The translations under genes were made by a program, and so were the position numbers. A DNA stretch of 64,000 nt. Source: Hypanus sabinus. Taxonomy: Eukaryota. Location: NCBI RefSeq assembly GCF_030144855.1, contig NC_082709.1, forward strand, positions 149,110,001 through 149,174,000, in the 5' to 3' direction. Below, piece by piece: positions 1 through 11,899 of this stretch. Within the stretch, counting starts at the first letter, position 1. Each line of letters begins with the position of its first letter. Below the pieces are notes generated by a model, which had not been told where the DNA came from, searched no databases, and saw nothing but the letters and a program-made list of their open reading frames with translations.

Positions 1-960
1 GGAGGTCGGTGACCAGTGGTGTGCCTCTGATCTGTTCTGGAACCTTTACTCTTCATGACTTTTATAAATGACCTGGATGAGGAAGTGGAGGGATGGGTTA
101 GTAAGTTTGCTGATGGCACAAAGGTTGGAGGTGTTATGGATAGTGTGGAGGGCTGACCAGAGTTTACAGTGGGACATTGATAGGATACAAAACTGGGCTG
201 AGAAGTGGCAGATGGAGTTCAACCCAGCTAAGTGTGAGGTGGGTCAAATATGATGGCAAAATATAGTATTAATGGTAAGACTCTTGGCAGTGTGGAGCAT
301 CAGAGGGATCTTGGGGTCTGAGTCCATAGGATGATCAAAGCTGCTAAATAGGTTGACTCTGTGGTTAAGAAAGCATATGGAGCATTGGCCTTCATCAATT
401 GTGGGATTGAGTTTAGGAGCCAAGAGGTAATGTTGCAGCTATATAGGACCCTGGTCAGATCCCATTTGGAGTACTGTGATATTTCTGGTCGCCTCACTAT
501 AGGAAGGATTTGGAAACCATAGAAAGGGGGTACAGGAGGTTTTCAAGGATGTTGCCTGGACTGGGGAGCATGCCTTGTGAGAATAGGCTGAATAAACTTG
601 GCCATATTTCCCTGGAGTGGCGGAGGATGAGAGGTGATCTGATAGAGGTGTATAAGATGATGAGAGGTATTGAATGTGTGGATAATCAGAGGCTTTTTCC
701 AGGGCTGAAATGGCTAGCATGAGAAGGCATAGTTTTAAGGTGCTTGGAAATAGGTACAGAGGTGATGTCAGTGGTAAGTTTTTTTTTAAACGCAGAGAGT
801 GGTGAGTGTGTGGAATGAGCTGCCAGCGTAGTGGTGGTGGCAAATACAACAGAGTCTTTTAAGAGACTCCTGGATAGGTACATGGAGCTCAGAAAAATAG
901 AGGGCTCTGGGCAAACCTAAGTAATTTCTAAGTTAGGGACCTGTTTGGCACAGCTTTGTG
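1..960 (+). mobile_element. CR1 LINE 3' fragment
   Basis: RT C-terminal motifs (WQMEFNPAKC, RMRGDLIEVYK). Confidence 0.85.
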
Positions 961-999
961 GGCCAAAGGGCCTGTATTGTGCTGCAGGTTTCCAATGTT

Positions 1000-3400
1000 T
1001 GTGTTTGCTCCTTTTCAGTCTTCTGGAACCATACCAGAAACTAGTCATTCCTAGAAGATCATTACTAATGCCTCCACAGTTTCTCCTGCCTCCTTTTTTA
1101 GAGCCCTGGGCTGTACACCATCTGGTCCAGGTGACTTATTTAATTTCAGACCTTTCAGTTTCCCAAGAACCTTCTCCTTAAAAATGGAAAATCAACACAC
1201 TTCTAGCCCCTGACACTCTGGAACTTCCACTATACTGCTAGTGTCTTCCATAGTGAAGACAGATGCAAAATACTTCATCTGCCATTTACTTGTCCCCCAT
1301 TACTATCTCAACAGCATCATTTTCCAGTGGTCCAATATCTATTCAAACCTGTCTTTTACACTTCATGTATCTCAAGAAACTTTTCTTTAATATTATTGGC
1401 CAGCTTATTTTCGTATTCCATTTTTTTCCTTCTTAGTGATGTTTGTAGTTGCCTTCTGTTGGTTTTTAAAAGCTTCCCAATCCTCTAACTTCCCACTAAT
1501 TTTTGCTCTATTACATCCCCTGTCTTTGGCTTTTATGCTGGCTTTAACTTGTTTGCCATGCTTGTGTCATCTTGCCTTTTGAATGGGTCTTCCTCTTTGG
1601 GATGTATTTATCTTGTGCCTGCTGAATTGCTTAGAGAAATTCCAGACATTGCTGCCATGTCATCATCCCAGCCAGTGTTCTTTTCTAATCAATTCTGTCC
1701 AACTCCTCTCAGGCCTCTGTAATTCCCTTTACTCCACTCTAATATGGATCATCTGACCTTAATTTCCCTTCTCAAATTCAGGGTGAAATTAGTCATATTA
1801 TGATCACTTGCCACTAAAGGTTCTTTTACCTTCAGCTCTCTAATCAATTCTGGTTCACTGCCCAACACCCAATCCAGAATAGCTGATCCCCTAGTGGCCT
1901 CAACCATTAGCTGAGCAGCTCTAAAAAGAACAGCTTTTAGGCACTCTGGAAATTCCCACTCCTGGAATCTACTCCTGTTGTAATTGGCAGACTGCATTCT
2001 TATTACCATTTGTTAATAACTCCCATCAGGGTCTTTTCACCCGTGCAGTGGTTTAGCTCTATGCACAATGATTTGACACCTTTTGTCCATGCATCATCTC
2101 TTTCTAATGATTTAAGTTTTTACCAATGGAGCTTTCAACCATGATTTTGTCATGCCTACGTCATACCTGCCAATCTGTAACTGTGTTACAAGTGCACCTG
2201 TTGCAATGAGTGACTGAGGAAATGAACCGAGGTGCAGGACGCAGACGGAGATTGAGTTTGGATGCTTACATGGGTATGAATACTGAACAGCAAATAGGAG
2301 AGATCTTGACATGGAGCCCTGATATGTAACCTCGACATGGAGCCTTGACTCAGAGACTTGACACAGTGCCCTGACTCAGAGAAATGGCGTCTCATAGGAA
2401 ACCCTTGAAACTGGAGCTAGGCTTAGAACAAATGGTTCTAAGCAGTCGGGAAATGTAGTTAACTCACAGTTAAAAAAAACAACGAATTGGTAACTAGTGG
2501 TTGTGACGCTGGAGTTCTTGTACTGCAGTTCTTGATGGAAACCAGGTGTGCCATCATCAAAGCGAATGAGAAGCAATTGGGAAATTAATGGTCAGAACTG
2601 TGACACAATCAAAGGAAATTAGGAGCAGGATAGAAAAATAATGATCAGGGCAGTGACAGCACCTACCTACCTTATTCCGTTTACTACATTCATTAAAATA
2701 TAACAATTTCAGCACTGTATTCACCCTTTTCAATGTTCTCCCCTTTTACACTGCAACTCATCCTGTTGACTGCAGATTTGCCCTGTCAACAGCCCTTCCT
2801 TTCTAGGAGTCTCATTGCAAATTGCTTTTGTTTGTAAGCCAACTCCCTCATCCTCAGGACTAGCACCTCTGTTCCCATCATGCTACCAAATTAGTTTAAA
2901 CCTTCCCAAACAAATCAACTGTTCTCAGACTTCCAGCCGGGTATTGATTATAATTAACGTTTCGATGTCAATCTCTGCCATCTTCTTCAGAGATAATGCC
3001 TGGGCATGTCTTGTCCAGGGGTATTTAAACCCCCGTTGTCCGTTCCTCCGGTTTGGTAAATGTTCATCAAATCAGGGTTCAGCTCCCCCACCTTGTTAAC
3101 AATTGAATTCCAGTTCATCCGTTAGAGGAGGAGCTTTGTTACACACAGTGATAGCACTAGATCCATTTACAAACCTGCCTGTGAGGATGTCGGAGCCTCT
3201 CGGGCACAGTTTGTACCTTGATCCCAATGATCCATCAATCTGAACCCCTGTCCCCCACACCAGTTCCTCAGCCACGCCTTCGCCTGCCAAGTCATCCCAT
3301 TTTTACACTCACTGTTGCTTTCTATCCTCTGCCCGGTCATCCATGCCAACTGTGTCTTAAGTTCAAAGTATGTATACTTTATACAAGCTTAAAAATTGTT
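1000..3400 (-). mobile_element. Degenerate CR1 fragments (endonuclease and ORF1 esterase) mixed with unassigned sequence
   Basis: TRGSAILDWVL...SDHNM (endonuclease) and AWLRNWCGGQGFRLMDHWD (ORF1 esterase); boundaries approximate; duplicated at ~45200-47590. Confidence 0.6.
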
Positions 3401-3554
3401 TCCTTACAGGCAGAGAACCCCAACAGAACCCGTTAGAAACAAAATAAGACCATCAAACACCTTGTGTGCAGGGAGAGAGAAAAATAATGCAGAATATAAA
3501 AGGCAAGGGAACACCACTGAGAACTGAAGTTTACAAAGCCAGGCATCATAGAAT

Positions 3555-5950
3555 CATACAACATTACAGCACAGAAACAGGGCCTTCAGCCCTTCTTGGC
3601 TGTGCTGAACCATTTCTCTGCCTAGTCCCACTGACCATATCGCTGCATAACCCCTCTCATCCATGTAGCTATCCAAGGTTTTCTTAAATGTTAAAAGGGA
3701 GTCCACATTTACCACTTCATCTGGCAGCTCATTCCACACTCCCAATTACTCTCTGTGTGAAGAAGCCCCTCACTAATGTTCCCATTAAACTTTTCCCCCT
3801 TCACCTTTAACCCATGTCCTCTGGTTTTTTTCTCCCCTAGCCTTAGTGGAAAAAGCCTGCTTGCATTCACTATCTATACCCATCATAATTTTATACACCT
3901 CTATCAAATCTCCCCTCATTCTTCTACACTCCAGGGAATAAAGTCCTAACCTATTCAACCTTTCTCGGTAGCTCAGTTTCTCAAGTTCCAGCAACATCCT
4001 TGTAAACCTTCTCTGCACTCTTTCAACCTTATTAATATCCTTCTTGTAATTCAGTGACCAAAACTGCATACAATTCTCCAAATTTGGCCTCACCAATGTT
4101 TTATACATCACCATAACACTCCAACTCTTACACTCAATATTCTGATTTATAAAGGCAATGTACCAAAAGCTCTCTTTACAACCCTATCTAGCTGTGACAC
4201 CACTTTTAGGGAATTATGTATCTGTATTCCCAGATCCCTCTATTCTACTGCACTCCTCAGTGTCCTATCATTTTTCTTGGATGTTCTACCTTGGTTTGTC
4301 CTTCCAAAGTGCAATACTTCACACTTGTCTACATGAAACTCCATCTGCCATTTTTCAGCCTATTTTTCCAGCTGGTCCAAATCCCTCTGCAAGCTTTGAA
4401 AACCTTCCTCACTGTCCACTACACCTCCAATCTTTGTATCATCAGCAAATTTGCTGATCCAATTTACCACATTATCATCCAGATCATTGATATAGATGAC
4501 AAATAACAATGGACCCAGCACTGATCCCTGTGGCACACCACTAGTCACAGGCCTCCACTCAGAGAAACAATCCTCCACTACCACTCTCTGACTTCTTCCA
4601 CTGAGCCAATGTCTAATCCAATTTACCACCTCTCCATGTATACCTAACGACTGAATCTTCCTAACCTCCCATGCGGGACCTTGTCAAAGGCCTTACTGAA
4701 GTCCATGTAGACAACATCCACTGCCTTCCCTTCATCCACTTTCCTGGTAATCTCCTCGAAAAATTCTAATAGATTGGTTAAACATGACGTACCACGCACA
4801 AAGCCATGTTGACTCTCCCTAATAAGTCCCTGTCTATCCAAATACTTGTAGATCCTATCTCTTAGTACTCCTTCCAATAATTTACCTACTACTGGCATCA
4901 AAATTACAGGCCCATAATTTCCCGGATTACTTTTAGAGCTTTTTTTAAACAACGGAACAACATGAGCTATCCTCCAATCCTCCGGCACCTCACCCGTAGA
5001 TACCTACGTTTTAAATATATCCGCCAGGGGCCCTGCAATTTCAACACTAGTCCCTTTCAATTTCTGAGGGAATACCCTGTCAGGTCCTGAGGATTTATCT
5101 ACTCTGATTTGCCTCAAGGCAGCAAGCACCTCCTCTGCTTCAACCTGTATAGGTTCCATGACCTCACTACTTGTTTGCCTTATTTCCATAGACTGCATGC
5201 CAGTTTCCTTAGTAAATACAGATGCAAAAAACCCATTTAAGATCCCCCCCCCCCACCATAATTTCTTTTGGTTCCATACATCACCGACCACTCTGATCTT
5301 CGGGAGGACCAATTTTATCCCTTACTATCCTTTTGCTCTTAATATACCTGTAGAAGCTCTTAGGATTAACCTTCAGCTTGACTGCCAAAGCAACCTCATG
5401 TCTTCTTTTAGCCTTCTTGATTTCTTTCTTAAGTATTTTTTGTACTTTTTATACCACCCAACAGTTGGTATACAAATCGGTATACTTGTTGAGGTGAATG
5501 GCCACAGGGGAGCCCTGCTCTGCCTGCCCTTTCCCCTTCCCTCGCCTGTGCCCTGCTTCTTTGGCGTAACTACCTCCCTGAAGCTACTATCTATAAACAC
5601 CTCGTTCTCCTGAATGATCCGGAGGTCATCCAGCTCCCTAACGCGGTTTGTTAGGAGCCGCAGGTGTCGTTGTCAGGGACACCAGAGGTCTCCTTGACTT
5701 CCCACATATCCTGCAAGAGGAGCATTCCAACTTCCTGCCTGGCATTCTCTCTACCCTGAACAAACAAAACTTACCGGAACCTACCCTCACCCCTGAGCCA
5801 AAGCCGCCCCACTCCGCCGCCTGCTGGATAGGGTGGTCACCCTTTTTAAACCTTTGGCTGACGTCACGTGCCCGCGCAGTACCACCTTCTTTCCCGAGCT
5901 GTGTAAAAAAATGGCTTCTCTCCGAGATTCCTTGCTCAATCACTCTCAGC
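3555..5950 (-). mobile_element. CR1 LINE with 5' end and internal deletion
   Basis: ORF1 start (LECSSC), RT segments ([32 protein letters not shown]) and 3' end; duplicated at 47744-50140. Confidence 0.88.
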
Positions 5951-6735
5951 CTCTAGCTCCGATCATTGCAGGCGATCCAGCAGACCACTAAACTGCAGGC
6001 CACAGCCTCAGGTCAACGCAGATACGAGCAAACCCCGCGGAGTATTGAGCCGGGGTGACCCGCCCTCGCTTCCGACCCCGACACCCAGACTATTTCAATC
6101 TGGCCCGACGCTTAAATCGTATAAATCGCTGGTCGTTCCTCACTCTCTGCCACTTCGATACGCTCTTCGGCTCCATTCAGTCGGTGCACGACCTTCCCAA
6201 TTCAGTTCGGCTCTTAAATCATTCGAGCCTCGGATCCTTCCTCCACTTCGCCCTGCCTTGGTTCTGCCGCATGGAATTGCCTCCAAGCCAGCTCCAGCAA
6301 CTCCGAGTCCGGACTTGCTACAACCGTCCTGCCGCCTTTCGTTGCTTTATGAGTGGACAATTGTTTATTACTTGTCAATATTTTTCATATAGTTGGCCTT
6401 CCATTTTCTAATAAAAATGACCTTGTCTTCGTCCGATAATCTACCTAACTGGAACCCCGCGCTCTTGTAATTATTCTATTCAACCCGTCTGTATCTTCTG
6501 CCTATTTTACGATAACATACAGCTCCAGTTTCTTTATATCAATTCCGTATATTGAAATAAATGATTCTGCAATAAAAGTCTGTAGATACTGAGGGCGTTA
6601 CCCGAATTTTTGCTCTTCAGCTTAACGAATGGCATTCACCCCAAGGTTTGTATAAATTTACAAAATGTACTTCCAATTTCACCCGTGATTCGGAGGAGCA
6701 AGTTGTGGGATTTATTCCCGTTGTAAACCACTTAC

Positions 6736-7029
6736 CTCGGTTGAAAGTCAAACTTTTCCTCACACTCCCTGTAACGTGGTGAACCAGGCAGGTGGCGACG
6801 GGAACTGACCCCCGCCGACAGTCGGTCACCCGCAGCCGGGAGCTCAGGTTGTAGGTATGGTCCTCGTTTACCCTCAGCAGATCCGCCTCTGTTTCATACG
6901 AGACATTTCCCGTTACGATCCAAGAAATACTCAGATCTTTCGGGAAAAATCCCGCAGCCACACAAATCAGGGTCTGAACCTCAGCGGCTTCGTTCTTGGG
7001 ATCCAGAGAGAGGGAGACGTCAGGCTTCG
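6736..7029 (-). CDS. Copy A C1-set exon
   Basis: 294 nt, phase 1-1, GTAAGT donor. The downstream intron is nearly identical to that of copy B C1-e, so a TM exon is expected ~7.5 kb left of the window. Confidence 0.92.
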
Positions 7030-7883
7030 CTGCAGATAACGGGAGAATTAACACATGGTGAATGTTACTGTAACCCACATGGACACAGACAGCAACAGTG
7101 GACACAACTGAAGACGGGTGCACGATACAAAGGTAACACTCTGAACCGAATTAATTATTTTATGTCTCTAAATTCACACCGGCCCGAAGAGAAACAAACT
7201 ACAGCCCGGGAACGGAATGAATGTGAAATGTTACAGCGCGTGAAAAAAAAATAAAAAGATGCCGGAGATCTAAAATATTTTTTTTGAACAACAGAACCCG
7301 TTGGAAATATCCGCGGGTCTGGTGGAAGAGTCGAAGAGCTCTAACGAAAGGTCTCCCATACCAAACATTAACTCTGTTTCTCTCTCCGCATTTGCGACCT
7401 GACCTGCTGAGTGTTTCCAGCACTTCCTAGCTTTATTTTTCACTTTCTTTCGACCAGGTAAACTTTAGTCACAGGATGCAAATTACACTAGCAGTGAGTC
7501 CCAAACAGGAGGTTTCGCGGTGCCGATTCCCCATTACCAATCCCTCTGGCGTTTCTTGTCGGCTCTTTTAACCGCCTCTCTACCAGTGAATTTTTGGGAC
7601 GTGGTGGCGCTGATGAATTCAGCGACAGGTCTTCCCTTCCCCATGCGGGAGATTGTTTCGATGTTGGTTAATCTGGTTACTTTGGGTCAGAAGCAAAACA
7701 GAAACCAAACGCGGAGAAGACAGGATTCCTCCAGCAGGTCAGGGCGCGTTTGGAGAAAGGGACCTAAAGACCCGTTATCCAGCTCGGCCATTGGTCTGAG
7801 GCATTGACCCCAGTTCCCTCGCTTCACACTTTGCCCGGCCTGCTGAGTATTTCCAGCGTTTACTGCTTTCATTTCACACGTAC

Positions 7884-8216
7884 CTCGGATGGTCACTTCT
7901 GTTCCGCTTCCAAAATATGTTTTCCAGTGGTTCGAATCCATTGTCAGCGCTGAGCATTGGTAAGTGTCAGAGTCATCCACAGTCACCTCGCGAATGACCA
8001 GCCAGCCTTCTTTCCCCGATAGACAGATCCAACTGTTATTTTTCAGGAAATTACTGGACCCGTTTACAGGTTTGTCTCGTGTCCGAGTCCAATAATACCT
8101 CGCCGAATCCACCCGCTCGTCCCCGGATAACAGGGAACAGTAGATCCGAGCTGTCTGTCCTCGGAGAAGGGTCAGAGCCGAAGGTGTCTGGTTCACTTTC
8201 GGAGCAACAACGGGAG
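7884..8216 (-). CDS. Copy A VJ exon
   Basis: 333 nt, phase 1-1; IYC...YYW...DSDTYQC...FGSGTEVTIR. Confidence 0.92.
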
Positions 8217-8309
8217 CTAGAACAGAAAATCACCGCAATTAGCAACAAGATCCAAAATTATGAGAGGACAACGAGAATATATGTCAAACGGAGAGAGCGC
8301 GTGAATTAC

Positions 8310-8358
8310 CCGGGAGAAACAGCCAGACCGAGTACAATAAGCTTCCGAGTAGTGACAT
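8310..8358 (-). CDS. IgSF receptor copy A, leader exon
   Basis: Same coding sequence as the copy B leader; GTAATT donor. Confidence 0.85.
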
Positions 8359-8440
8359 GTTGGGTAAAGGAAGCGTCGACTCGGGACAGGAGTCACCCAG
8401 CACTGAGAAATAGATGCGAGTTTGGGGCAGGTTTAGCTTA

Positions 8441-8475
8441 ATACGTCACGTGGGCGGCAGACTGGCTGGAAGTTT
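8441..8475 (-). promoter_or_regulatory. Candidate proximal promoter cluster (GC box, E-box CACGTG, CRE-like TGACGTA, ETS-like GGAAG)
   Basis: Overlapping motifs ctgccgcccacgtgacgtat ~85-100 nt upstream of the ATG; present in both copies and absent from the internal repeat units. Function is inferred. Confidence 0.45.
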
Positions 8476-8599
8476 AACGGAACGCAAGCCCGTCTCTTCT
8501 TTTGCAAAACGATACAAGTTTATTTTCATCACATATCCACAAGAACAGATTCAATATTTACGAGACAGCACATATACTCAGATTAAAATACGGTTACTA

Positions 8600-9600
8600 C
8601 CGTCTATCTAACAGTCTATACCCCGGGAGGGGGCACCGCTCCCGAAAGTCCCCCACTGTACACTTTGTGACAGGTTGTTTCCTCTCCAAGCACAACCAGG
8701 CACGAAGGAGCGTCAGTGAGATTATAAAAGACATCAGTAGATAGTTTGTCTCCAGAGATGGAGACAGAGAGATCAAGAAAAGGAGAGAGGAGTGAAATAG
8801 ACCAAGTTGGAAGTTGGAGGCAAAGTTAATGAAATTGACAAGCTCAGCGTGGGTGTACGAAGCTGCAACAATGCAGACATCATTTGCAGCGTAGGAAGAG
8901 TTGGGAGCAGTGCTGGAACATAGACTGTTCCACATTGCCGTCAAAAAGGCAGGCACAGCTGGGATCCATGCGAGTGCCCATGAGTTTGAAAGAAGTGGGA
9001 GGAGCCAAAGGGCCAGTTCCACCAGACAGCCCAGAGTGGTGTTGGAGGGGAACTGGTTGGGTCCGGTGTCCAGAAAGAGCTTTAAGGCCCTCCTGATGGG
9101 GGATAGAAGTGTATTGCGATTCGACATCCAAGGCAAGGCAAGTCACTTTTTATTGGCATTTCGACCATAACTGCCAGTACAGTACGTAGCAAAAATGACA
9201 CAACATTTTTCAGGACCATGGTGATACATGAAGCAGTACAAAAACTACACTGAACTATGTAAAAGAAAACACAGAAAAAAAACTACACTGGACTACAGAC
9301 CTACCAAGGACTGCATAAGGAGCACAAAACAGTGCAGACATTACAATAGATAATAATAAATCCATTGTGAAAATGAGATGATCAGGACCAGGAAACTGTA
9401 AAAGTCATTGAAAAGATTGAGAGTGTGTGAAGTGTCATGGGTGTAGGTAGGAAGGGGCTGAAACAATGGAGAATAAAACAGTCGAGGTATGTAGACACGA
9501 GTTCTGTGGGGCAGGAGCAGGCAGAAACAATGGGTCTACCTGGACAGTCAAGTTTGTGGATCTTGGGTGGAAGGTAGAACTGGGCAGTGCAGGGACATCT
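8600..9600 (-). mobile_element. Penelope-like element RT fragments
   Basis: MGTRMDPSCACLF..VEQSMFQ and [25 protein letters not shown] motifs; duplicated at ~60230-61230. Confidence 0.7.
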
Positions 9601-10110
9601 GGACAGCGAAATGAGGATGCTCTTCATTGACTACAGTTTGGCATCAATACTACAGTATCATCCCCTCAAAATTAATTATTGTGAGGCCAAGTACAGCTCG
9701 AATGCCATATTTAAGTTTGCTGACGATAACATTGTTGTTGGCCGAAACAAAAGTGGTGAAAAATCAGCATATAGGAGGGAGATTGGAAATCTGGCTGAAT
9801 GGTGCCACAACAACAACCCCTCACTTAATGTCAGCAAGACCAAAGACCTTATTATTGATTATAGGAGGAGGATACTGGATGTATATAAGCCAGTCCTCGT
9901 CAGGGGATCAGAAGTGAAGAGGATCATCTACTTTAAATTCCTCAGTATTATTACTTATTTATTCATTATTATTTTGTTTTATTTGATCGATTTGTCATTC
10001 TTTGCACTCTGATTGTCCATTTCTGCTGTGTGCAGTTTTTCATTGATTCTATTTCTTTGTATTTACTGTGAATGCCTGCAAAAAATTGAATCTCAGAGTA
10101 CTATATGGTG
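9600..10110 (+). mobile_element. Rex1/Babar-type LINE 3' fragment
   Basis: [33 protein letters not shown]; duplicated at ~61230-61740. Confidence 0.75.
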
Positions 10111-10117
10111 ACACATA

Positions 10118-11590
10118 CAGTGGTATATAAAAGTTTGGGCACCCTTGGTCAAAATTTCTGTTACTGTGAATAGTTAAGTGAGTAGAAGATGAACTGATCT
10201 CCAAAAGTGATAAAGTTAAAGAGGAAACATTCTTTTCAACATTTTAAGCAAGATTAGTGTATTATTTTTGTTTTGTACTATTTTAGAGTGAAAAAAAAGG
10301 AGCACTTTGCAAAAGTTTGGGCACCCCAAGAGATCTGAGCTCTTTGATAACTTTTACCAAGGTGTCAGACCTTAATTAGCTTGTTAGGGCTATGGCTTGT
10401 TCACAGTCATCATTAGGAAAGGCCAGGTGATGCAGATTTCAAAGCTTTATAAATACCCTGACTCCTCAAACATTGTCCCAACAATCAGCAGCCAAGGGCT
10501 CCTCTAAGCAGCTGCCTAGCACTCTGAAAATTAAAATAAATGGTGCCCACAAAGCAGGAGAAGGCTATAAGAAGATAGCAAAGCGTTTTCAGGTAGCTGT
10601 TTCCACAGTTTGTAATGTAATTAAGAAATGGCAGTTAACAGGAACAGTGGAGGTCAAGTTGAGTTCTGGAAGACCAAGAAAACTTTTTGAGAGAACTGCT
10701 CATAGGATTGCTAGAAAGGCAAATTAAAACCCCTGTTTGATTGCAGAAGACCTTCAGGAAGATTTAGCAGACTCTGGAGTGGTGGTGCACTGTTCTACTG
10801 TGCAGCGACACCTGCACAAATATGACTGTCATGGAAGAGTCGTCAGAAGAAAAACTTCCCTGCAACCTCACCACAAAATTCAGCATCAGAAGTTTACAAA
10901 GGAACATCTAAACAAGCCTGATGCATTTTGGAAACAAGTCCTGTGGACTGGTGAAGTTAAAATATAACTTTTTGGCTGTAATGAGCAAAGGTATGTTTGG
11001 AGAAAAAAGGGTGCAGAATTTCATGAAAAGAACACCTCTCCAACTGTTAAGCACAGGGGTGAATCGATCACACGTTGGGCTTGTTTTGCAGCCAGTGGCA
11101 CAGGGAACATTTCGCTGGTAGAGGGAAAAATGAATTCAATTAAATACCGGCAAATTCTGGAAGCAAACATCATACTGTCTGTTAAAAAGCTGAAGATGAA
11201 AAGAGGATGACTTCTACAACAGGATAATGATCCTCAACACACCTCAAAATCCACAATGGACTACCTCAAGAGGCACAAGCTGAAGGTTTTGCCATGGCCC
11301 TCACAGTCCCCCGACCTAAACATCTGTGCATGGACCTCAAAAGAGCAGTTATGCAAGATGACCCAAGAATCTCACAGAACTAGAGGCCTTTGCAAGGAAG
11401 AATGGGTGAAACTCCCTCAAACAAGAATTGGAAGACTCTTAGCTGGCTTCAGAAAGCGTTTACAAGCTGTGATACTTGCAAAGGGGGTATTACTAAGTGC
11501 TCACCATGCATAATGCCCAAACTTCTGCTTCAGGCCTTTTTTCATTTTTGTTATTTTGAAACTGTAAAAGATGGAAATAGAAAAGTAATG
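10118..11590 (+). mobile_element. Tc1/mariner transposon, disrupted transposase
   Basis: TA + CAGTGG start; repeated aagtttgggcacc IR/DR motif and its inverse at ~11514; ORF fragments with HTH and WPSQSPDLN; right IR truncated. Confidence 0.92.
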
Positions 11591-11899
11591 GAAGTTAACA
11601 GGGTGAATGTGTGAATTAGACAGGAGAAGACAGAACATCTATTCTAATCTGCATAGAGGTTTATTCCATTGAGAATAAAGAACAATTCACTTAATATAGT
11701 ATTTCAAAAAATATATAAAATTAATACCAGCAAATTTGACATAAATATTGATTACACATATTTGTCATGTTTTATTTTACTTAGAAACTGGTTTCATAAA
11801 GAATTTAGCTTTATCACATCTGGCTCAGAATGATTTCATTTCCCCAATGCTGGAGCCAAGTGGACAATGAAACAGCAACGTAAGTGTTCAGTTCAGGAT

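Larger units (their letters stand above)
1..7130. repeat. Segmental duplication block 1, left copy (matches 44203-51330)
   Basis: Near-identical sequence and ORF track at offset 44202, shifting to 44189 after 2-bp and 11-bp indels. Confidence 0.97.

Noticed and set aside
6045-6411. Two overlapping plus-strand ORFs of ~115 aa (also 50234-50600)
   Set aside because: No domain signature, GTG/TTG-type starts, and it looks like a GC-rich repeat segment inside the receptor intron.
8597-9136. 179-aa ORF open in both copies (also 60228-60767)
   Set aside because: Alternative frame of a Penelope RT fossil; the duplication is too recent for shared openness to imply selection.
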